Notes under the pieces: model-generated
What the model was told of the DNA's origin: nothing
Databases searched by the model: none
The model's input: the letters and a program-made list of their open reading frames with translations, nothing else
From: the human T2T-CHM13v2.0 reference genome, Homo sapiens
Assembly: GCF_009914755.1 (NCBI RefSeq)
Contig: NC_060930.1
Direction: 5' to 3' (one strand)
DNA: 64,000 nt
Made by a program: the position numbers and the translations under genes
Part shown: piece by piece, positions 55,008 through 64,000 of the stretch
How positions within the stretch are numbered: the stretch's first letter is position 1
Layout of the letters: each line of letters opens with the position of its first letter

Positions 55008-56319
55008 TAATGTTTCTTATGCATCCATTTGGCATTTTACTTATTTCACAATGAGACCCAGATACTCAAACTCCTGAACCACAGAGAAAGTAAAATTCCC
55101 TTGAAGAGGAGGCATAATGCTTTATAAATCCTGTGTCCCAAATCACTATATATATGTTCATTGAGATAGACTAACATTCCAAAAGATTTGATTTGCATTC
55201 TAAGTGACACAAAAAGAAATAGAAAGTATTCCCAAATAACCACAGCCAAAAATGGCCTTATTTTTCCCAATGTATATATTTCTCCAAGTCAAATACAGCA
55301 TTCTTACTTCCAGCAAAAGGATAAAAAGTTAACCCGGAATAAAATGATTAAAAAAAAACGGAGTTAGGAGGGAGGTGCTTATTTTCTTCTTCCACTTAAA
55401 AAAAAATGGCAGCAAGGGGTCAATCTTTTGGATAACAAGAAAAATATGGCGAGAAATGGCCAAAATTGGAAGAGATAAGAAAAAGAATAAAGTGAAAACC
55501 CTTTAATGAAACCAGATATATAATTATTTGAGTACAGTTGTGCTGAAGAAGGGCTCCAGCATAGTTTCACTTAATATATCTCTTTGAGCCTGCCTTTGCT
55601 TTCCCAAATTTGACTCCAGCATAGTTACACGTATGGAGATATGGCTACATGTATGAAGTATGCCTACATATATGGAGATAAGCTTATAAATGTATTGCAA
55701 ACACATCTACACAGAAGTTACATAAATGTAAGTAATTTCATACATTTCTATCTTGTAGAATTTGGATAAAGACAAACTGATTTTTCAAAAGCAGGAGCAA
55801 CAAAAACTTTGAAAAGCATAAAAGAAGTCTCAGACTTTCTATTTTACTAACATCTGTTTTTGTTTGGTTGGTTGGTGAGTGGGTGAGTTGGGCCTTTTTT
55901 CCACTTTTGGGCATACTTTCATTTAAGAGAAGAATAATGCCATCCCAGGTGTTGCTCTTGAGATAATTTTAGGTTTTCCCTAGACAACAGTAAGTAAAAG
56001 TGGTATGAGAAGTGATATGTATTAAAGATACTCTGCCACCTCCATGCCAGGAACTTTACTTCATGCTTTAGTCTTTCTTTTTATTTAGGCTTTGTAACAT
56101 CCCATAATATATGTATTTTATTATTCTCAATTTACAGATAAGGAGCTCGAAGCTCAGAAAACTAAAAAATGAACAGTTTTTAAAGAGATTTTGAGGAGAG
56201 GGTTCTGTTTTTTTTTTTAAATTTTCCCTGAGCAGAATTTTCATTGAATCACTCACAAATCTCTTCATAAGTTTTCCTTTCCTTTATGCAACAATTATAC
56301 TCTCTTATTTTATTGATTT

Positions 56320-57340
56320 ACTCAACAATTATTCATGTATTACCTTCTATGTGCCAAGTACTTTTTGAAGCACTGGAGAAACAGGAGTAAACTAAACATG
56401 GAGCTTAATTCCAATAAAAAAAGACAAACTAAAAAAATAAATAAATAAAACATATAGTGTGACAGATGGTATTAAATACTATGCAGAACAAAAAATGGGA
56501 AAGGCAAATATGGAGTGTCAGAGTGCAAGGAAAATGCAATAGATCTGTCAAGGAAGGCCTCATCAATAGAGTGAATTTAAGAAAAGGTGACTGGGTTTTT
56601 TAAGGTTTTATTTTATTTTTAATTAAAAATAATGGTATATATTTATGGGTTACAATGTGATGTTTTGATACATGTGTACATTATGGAGTGATCAAGGCAT
56701 GCTAATGAGCATTTCCATAACCTAAATATTTATCATTTCTTTGTGGCGGAACATTTAAAATTCTTTTAGCAATTTTAAAATGTAAAATATGTTACTGTTA
56801 AACATAGTCATCATGTTATGCAATAGAACACCAGAACTTATTCCTCTTATCTAATTGAAACTTTGCACCCATTAACCAACATCTCCCCTTTCCCCATCCA
56901 CCTCTCTCCCTGCCCAGCCTCTGGTAACCACTATTCTTTTTTCTACTTCTATAAGTTAGACTCTTTTAGATTCCAAGATGACTTTGGAAAAGGTGCCAGC
57001 ATTACTGATATCTGCGACAAGAGATTTTCAGTTAAAGAGAACAACTGGAATAAAAGGCCATGCCAGGAGAATGCCTGGTGTGTTTGAGGAACAGCAGGAG
57101 TACTAGGGTCACTTGAATGAGGGAAGGGTGGGGAAAGCTGCAGAGAGGCTGTGATGATCCGATCATACAGGGCCTTGTAAACTTTTGTAAGACCTTTAGA
57201 TTTGGATTCAGTGAGAAGGGAAGCCACTGGTGAATTCTGAATGGGGATATAACACTATCTGGCTTGTTTTCAATGGATTCCTCTGGATGCTATATTAAGA
57301 TCAGCCTATAGGGAAACAGGTGGATGTTGGTGATCAGACT
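56320..57340 (-). mobile_element. L2 remnant interrupted by an L1MA 3' fragment (~56605-56975, minus)
   Basis: tactcaacaattattcatgtattaccttctatgtgccaag...; L1MA tacaatgtgatgttttgatacatg...cagcctctggtaaccac. Confidence 0.65.
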
Positions 57341-57385
57341 AATGGATTAGTTTGCCTGCTATATTGAGATTAAGTTATAGGACAC

Positions 57386-59750
57386 CGATACGGCTTGGCT
57401 GTGTCCCCACCCAAATCTCATCTTGAATTATAGTTCCCATAATCCCTACATGTGGTGGGAGGGACCTGGTGGGAGGTAATTGAATCATGGGGTCAGTTAC
57501 CCCCATGCTGCTGTTCTCATGATAGTGAATTCTCATGAGATCTGATGGTTTTACAAGGGGCTTTACCTCCTTTTGCTCAGCACTTCTCCTTCCTGTCATC
57601 ATGTGAAGAAGGACGTGGTTGCTTCCCCTTCTGCCATGATCGTAAGTTTCCTGAGGCTTTCCCAGCCATATGGAACTGTGAGTCAATTAAACCTCTTTCC
57701 TTTATAAATTTTCCAGTCTTGGGCAGTCCTCTATAGCAGTGTGAGAACAGACTAATACAGTAGATTGGTACCACAGACAGTGGGGTGTTGCTATAAAGAT
57801 ACCCAAAAATGTGGAAGTGGCTTTGGAACTGGGTAATGGGCAGAGGTTAGAACAGTTTGGAGGGCTCAGAAGAAGACAGGAAGATGTGGGAAAGTTTTGA
57901 ACTTCCTAGATATTTGTTGAATGGCGTTGACCAAATTGCTGATAGTGATATGGACAATGAAGTCCAGGCTGAGGTGATCTTAGATGGAGATGAGGAACTT
58001 GTTAGGAACTGGAAGAAAGGTGACGGTTGCTATGTTTTAGCAAAGAGACTGGCAGCATTTTGCCGCTGCCCTAGAGATGTGTAGAACTTTAAACTTGAAA
58101 GAGATGATTTAGAGTACCTGGCAGAGGAAATTTCTAAGCACCAAAGAGTTAAGAGGTGACTTGGGTGCTGTTAAAAGCATTCAGTTTTATGTATTCACAA
58201 ATATATGGATTGGAATTGGAACTTACATTTAAAAGGGAAGCAGAACATAAAGTTCAGAAAATTTGCAGCCTGACGATGTGATAGAAAAGAAAAACCCATT
58301 TTCTGAGGAGAAACTCAAGCCAGCTGCAGAAGTTTGCATAAGTAATAAGGAGCCAAATATTGACCACCAAGACAATCAGGAAAATGTCTCCGGGGCATGT
58401 CAGAGGTCTTTATGGCAGATCACAGGCCCAGTCTGGAGGCCTAGAAGGAAAAAATGTTTCATGGGCTGTGTCCAGGGCCTTGCTGCTTTGTGCAGTCTTG
58501 GGACTTGGTGCCCTGCATCCCAGCGATGGCTAAAAGGGGCCAAGGTACAGCTTGGGCCATGGATTCAGAGGGTGCAAGCCCCAAGCCCTGGCAGTGTCTA
58601 GGTGGTGTTGAGCCTGTGGGTTCACAGAAGTCAAGAATTGAGGTTTGGGAACCTCTGCCCAGATTTCAGAGGATGTATGGAAATGCCTGGATGTCCAGGC
58701 AGAAGTGTGCCTTAGGGGCAGAGCCATCATGAAGAACCTCTGCTAGGGCAGTGCAGAAGGGAAATGTGGAGTGGGAGCCCCGACACAGAGTCCCTACTGG
58801 GACACTGCCTAGTGGAGCTGTGAAAATAGGTCCACCATCCTCCAAACACCGGGATGGTAGATCCACTGACAGCTTGTACCGTGTGCCTGGAAAAGACACA
58901 GACACTCAATGCCAGTCTGTGAAAGCAGCCAGGAGGGGGGCTGTACCCTGCAAAATCGAAAAGGCTCAGCTGCCCAAGGACATGGGAGCCCACCTCTTGC
59001 ATCAGCATGACTGGGATACGAGACATGAAGTCAAAGGAGATCATTTTGGAGCTTTAAGATTTGACTGCCCTGCTAGATATTGAACTGCATGGGGCCTGTA
59101 TCCCCTTCTTCTTGGCCAATTTCTCCCATTTGGAACAGGTATATTTACTCAATGCCTGTAACTCTATTGTATCTGGGAAGTAAGTAACTTGTTTTTGATT
59201 TTTACAGGCTCATAGGAGGAAGGGACTTGCCTTGTCTCAGATGAGACTTTGGACATGGACTTTCCGGGTAATGCAGGAATAAGTTAAGACTTTGGGGGAC
59301 TTTTGGGAAGGCATGATTGTGTTTTGAAATGTGAGGACATGAGATTTGGGAGGGCCCAGGGGTGGAATGATAAAGCTTGGTTCTGTCCCTACCCAAATCT
59401 CAAATTGAATTGTAGTTCCCATAATCCTCATGTATCATGGGAATGACCCAGTGGGAGGTAATTGAATCATGGGGTTTGGTTAGCCCCATGCTGCTGTTCT
59501 CGTGATAACAAGTGAGTTCTCACAAGATCTGATGGTTTTACAAGGGGCTTTTCCCTCTTTTGCTCAGCACTTCTCCTTCCTGCCATCATGTGAAGAAGGA
59601 GATGTTTTCTTCCCCTTCTGCCATGATTGCAAGTGTCCTGAGGATATGCTTCCCAGCCATGCTGAACTGTGAGTCAATTAAACCACTTTCCTTTATAAAT
59701 TACCGAGTCTCTGGCAGTGGTTTATAGCAGCATGAGAATGGACTAATACA
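57386..59750 (+). mobile_element. Full-length THE1D MaLR provirus: 5'LTR 57386-57759, internal 57760-59367, 3'LTR 59368-59750
   Basis: Two homologous LTRs ending gactaataca; internal remnant EGSEEDRKMWESFELPR; 5-bp TSD GACAC/GGCAC. Confidence 0.92.
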
Positions 59751-60149
59751 GGCACCAAGTTGGAAATAGATAGCCAGTGTGACTTTTGTGATTCCTATTC
59801 ATCTCAGCCTTCCCAGCTCCTAAGACATAGTCTCAAATAGGGTCCATCAAAGCTCCTTCCAGCAGTTCATGCAGCCCATTCTCATAATCATAAGTAGGAG
59901 ATTTTTATTTTAAAACTATCATATGTACTACTTGCTATGGAAAAGCATGCTCTATCAGCTTTTGCTGAATTCTGCAATTACTCATTTCCTTGTATCTTCA
60001 TATACTCTTATCTGACCTTCATTATTTTGGTAGCCTTTTCTCCTTTTTTGTGCCTTGTAGTTTCAAGATGTCTCAGAGCTATATTAAAAATGGAGAGTTG
60101 TTTTTGTTTACCATTTTTCTTATTAATTGTGAGTGATCTCCTTTCAGTG

Positions 60150-60920
60150 GCTCTTTATTTCTTTCTGACAATCTGGGCTTCCGTAAGTGATCACTTTCCC
60201 TTCTATTTGAAAAACTTCTGGCTTTTGTTGTAGTTCAGATTTGCTGAAAATAAATTCTCTCAGCTTTGATTTTTTTGGTCCTATTTTTATTTTCATTCCT
60301 TTAAAGTTATTCTGTATTCTGGGCTCTATTTTTCTAATGCGAACTCGGTCTTCACTCTTATTGATATTTTCTTGAGTGTTATATATTCAAACAGGACTTT
60401 ATCATTCATGTTCAGTAGTTTGACTATGGTGTACTTAGTTTGGGTTTCTGCTATATTTCCCTTGCTTGTAGTTCACTAAATATGAATCTGCTGAGAGCCA
60501 CAGATCTCACACACCAATCAGTTTTTTGTCTCATTTCTTTTCTTTTCTTTCTATTTTTTTTTTTTTTTGCATTTCTTTCTTTGTGCTTCAGTGTGGATAA
60601 ATTCCGTTCACTTGTCTTTAAGTTCACTGACCATTTGCTCAGCTGTGTTCAGTCTACTATTAAGCCCTTGAAATAAAATCTTTATTTCTGGTATTGTAGG
60701 TTTCAATCTTCTGATGAATTATCTCATTTGCTCATGCATCTTGTTTCCTTTTTCCCGTAAAACTCTTTAACATATTCGTCATAATTACCTTTTAAAGGCC
60801 TTGTCAAGTAATCCGATATCTATGATACCTGTGAGTCCACTTTAATTGACTGATTCTTTTTTGGATTTTGGATCACATAACCCAGTTTATTTGCATGTCT
60901 CATAATTTTTCTTGAGACAT
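60150..60920 (-). mobile_element. Ancient L1M ORF1/5' region remnant
   Basis: aaattctctcagctttg...agtagtttgactatggtgtacttag...gctgtgttcagtctactattaagccc. Confidence 0.55.
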
Positions 60921-63708
60921 TTTGTGTTATTATCTATTTAAGCTGTACTTTCATTTGACCCACAACTTTAGTTTCTTTATTCACTCCCAGAGCCTTTCTG
61001 CTCTAGGTCTTTTCATTTGTTAGCATGCCTCCCCTTGCATTTTTATCACATGCATATTTTTTGAATGCCTCTTGGAAATAGTGAGCTAGTTTATTGTGAG
61101 ATAACCAAGGCCCTGGCTCACAAAGCACTTGCAATCTAATTGGAGTCTTAAGACAAACAAATGATTCAATTCTTCTATGTTTAAGAAATCTGGCTCACAA
61201 CAGTGAAAGTTGAGATTAGATGTGTAACAGTAGTCAGAGAAGTTATTATGAAGGATACAGGACTTGAAAAGTGGGTTAGATATTGACCAATTGAGAGGAA
61301 AGTGAAAGCACTTCTGGCAGAAAGGACAAAAAACAGAATGGATAATTATAAATTAATATGATATCTGCAGGTGTGTAATGAGATGAATATGACAAGAACA
61401 GAGGTTATATGAGGCCAGAGAAAATTATGATGAAAGAAATTTATTTTTTAAATTATCTTTTCCTTCATTTTAATCTTTTCCCTTTATAATTAAATAACAG
61501 GAGTAATATTGTCTTCTCTATACTATTCCAGTACTCCTATGCAAAGAGCTATCAATGATATTTCCTGCCCTACTATCTTTATATTTGAGCTCTATGCTCA
61601 ATAACCTAATCAAAATATAATTAGGATGCTTTCCATTTTTGGTTTGACTTTTCCTCACCACCAAAGATTAATTCTTATCTCCATTTTTTTCAAAAAATGA
61701 CAGAAAAGTGGGGGAAAATTCTACCAAATGACTGTTTCATCTCTGAGGAATTAAACACCAGTAGGAATAAGTTTTCAGTGAATTGATTAATTTATTTACC
61801 AAATCTACCAATCAATACAGTTGAAATAATTGAAGTAGCTATGCAAATAGCAGTAAACCATGAAACCCAAACTCATAACTCTTTTTTCATTTTGTCAACT
61901 GCCAAGATAGAAATTATTTTCTCTTCCATAAGTATGACCTTTAAATTCTTAGCTCTGTTGGACTTCTAACACATCAAAAACTTCATCTGTATTCTACAAA
62001 AAACAAATAATAATCACAAAAAGTATCTGTTCTGTGGTAAAAGAAATTCCTGACAGGTTCCTCCCTAAATAAAAATAAATGGACGGACTCCCATAAAATT
62101 TATGTGGTTAACACAGAAATAGTTGGACTACATTAATACCTCAAAAATGTCTGGTTAAAAACACAAGAACCACACTGGGATAAACTTCTTATTGATGAGA
62201 TTTCTCAGATCATGGAATCCCCATCAAGGAAAGTAATGGGAGGTTTATCACTGGAAACTTTGAAGAACAAATGAGACAAAACAGTATACAGTAAAAATAG
62301 CAATTATATATAATATGGAGGCCCAGAGAAAAACTCTTCATCTCCCAATACTGAGATTTTCAGAAATTCATGTAATACTTATATTTTTGCTTGCTATCTA
62401 AAGCTTTCTTCAGTTCTACATTACCTAGGCATATATGGCATCTGTGCTTTTTGGTTCAGTATTTCTGACCCATTTGATGATTGATAATTATTGAAATGAA
62501 AACAAAATGTTCTTTTGTAGAACTCACTGACTCTTAAGTCCTAGGGTTCCAGTGGTGTGCAGCATTAGAGATGGAACTCTGCCCCTATTTCCTATCTATC
62601 CAATCTACTGTAGGGCAAAAGGCCTATACTTGTGAAGGGCTGCTTGGGACAAGGCTGCTTTCTGTGACCTTGGAAAGTTAATTAGATTGCCCAAGGATTG
62701 AAATCATAACCTATTCTTCATTAACTTCATGCTATTCATGCAATAATACATAGAACTAAATTGCTAGTGCAAGTATAAAATAGTAGTGGTTAAGACTTCT
62801 AGGTTGTATTTAAATTTCAATAATTGTCATAACTAAGTTTAATCATAACATGAATGAAGTAAGAATATATTGTGGAAGTAAAAAATGACTTTGAAGATGC
62901 AAATAATAGCAATAATGTGCTATAAAAATTATATATTTGACTAGTGATCTCATACTTAAAAGTAGAAGGTAATGTTTTGTGCTCTTGGAGTTATTTAACC
63001 CAGGGAATTCTACTCTGCCTGGATGCTTCTACTAGACTATAAATGCTTTCATAAGAAATATGACTTAGGCATACCTCTAATATAAGCATTTAAAAATGTT
63101 ATTTGTGTCATCTTTCAATCTCTTCTTCTAGACTTTGGAAAAGTACCATTTCTTTATATATCCATCCCTGATTCCCACTCGGTTCTTTTGTATCCTTTAA
63201 GGACCATTTAAATCTGCAATGCCTAAGTAACTGAGAATTCAGTGTCTGGTTTGTTTGCTTTCTCTTTTTGCCATATATTTAAAAAATAGCATATGGAAAT
63301 GAAGCTAAAGTAAATAGGATGAAAGAAATGTATTCTCATATGGATATGCTAATGAATATGAAATAACTTGGTTATTTCACATAGAACTAGCTAGTTAAGG
63401 CTATCTAGTACCTTCCCCAAGCCACTAACATGTCATTGGCCACAATTTGCATAATCAGGAATCTCTAAATATATAAATGTTATAGAAGATTTCTGCAAAA
63501 TAGTATGATAGATCTGATTTAATTGATCATAAGGTTTCATGGCTTCACGCCTATGAATGGAATGATTGGCAGAATTTTACACCTTATCAGTTGCATTAGT
63601 CAACCTAGCTTGTGTAGATCTAGTGTTTTGCATGTCTTTTCTGTGGTTGGCATATGATTCTCTCAACAGCTGTTTACCATAGCTATGGGTCACTGATATG
63701 TCCCATGT

Positions 63709-63751
63709 GACATTTATAAATGTCTTGTGTTGTTCACAAGACATTTATAAA
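63709..63751. repeat. Overlapping 16-bp palindrome and 17-bp-arm inverted repeat
   Basis: GACATTTATAAATGTC (63709-63724); TTTATAAATGTCTTGTG (63713-63729) pairs with CACAAGACATTTATAAA (63735-63751). Confidence 0.9.
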
Positions 63752-64000
63752 ATTCAGCTGTGGTTCATGTATCACTGATGTGGTCTACACATGTCTTAAA
63801 GAATTTTTTTCTTTTCTGTTTTTTTCAAGGAGGGACTCATTTGGAATTCCTTACTCTACAAAGTTTGGGGTTTTCTGAAGGTTTGCAACATTGAAGAGAA
63901 CAACCCTGTCATGCTAGCAGAGGAGAAACTACAGTCTTTGATGGCAGGTTGACAAGGGTACTCTGTCCCTGGAGTCATTTTATTATCTGACTTCTGTATT

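Overview
AT-rich, CpG-depleted primate (very probably human) genomic DNA. It contains Alu S/Y, L1PA/L1PB, THE1D, MSTA and MER9 elements. The first ~2.4 kb looks like the 3' end of a plus-strand spliced gene that I cannot name: a 13-nt microexon (221-233), then a terminal exon (2031-~2400) with tandem AATAAA signals. The other ~61 kb is apparently intergenic and dominated by nested transposon fossils. These include two full-length, dead, convergent LINE-1s (L1PB-type 12567-19226 +, L1PA15/16-type ~37150-44380 -), two full-length MaLR proviruses (MSTA -, THE1D +), solo LTRs (MER9, LTR1-family, MSTA), an LTR40/ERVL remnant, nine Alus, a FLAM, and L2/MIR/Tigger debris. Nearly all ORFs in the supplied track are TE-derived or random. 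I see no rRNA, tRNA, CRISPR or prokaryotic system. The best leads are: (1) a frame-shifting 13-nt microexon that could switch between two long open C-termini in the last exon; (2) a perfect 37-bp-arm inverted repeat inside an ancient L1; (3) a 259-aa repeat ORF with strong Kozak context inside an L1 5'UTR tandem array; (4) a possible LTR-initiated antisense non-coding transcript; (5) a few CpG-retaining motif clusters. Subfamily names come from my recall of consensus sequences, and boundaries without TSD support are approximate.
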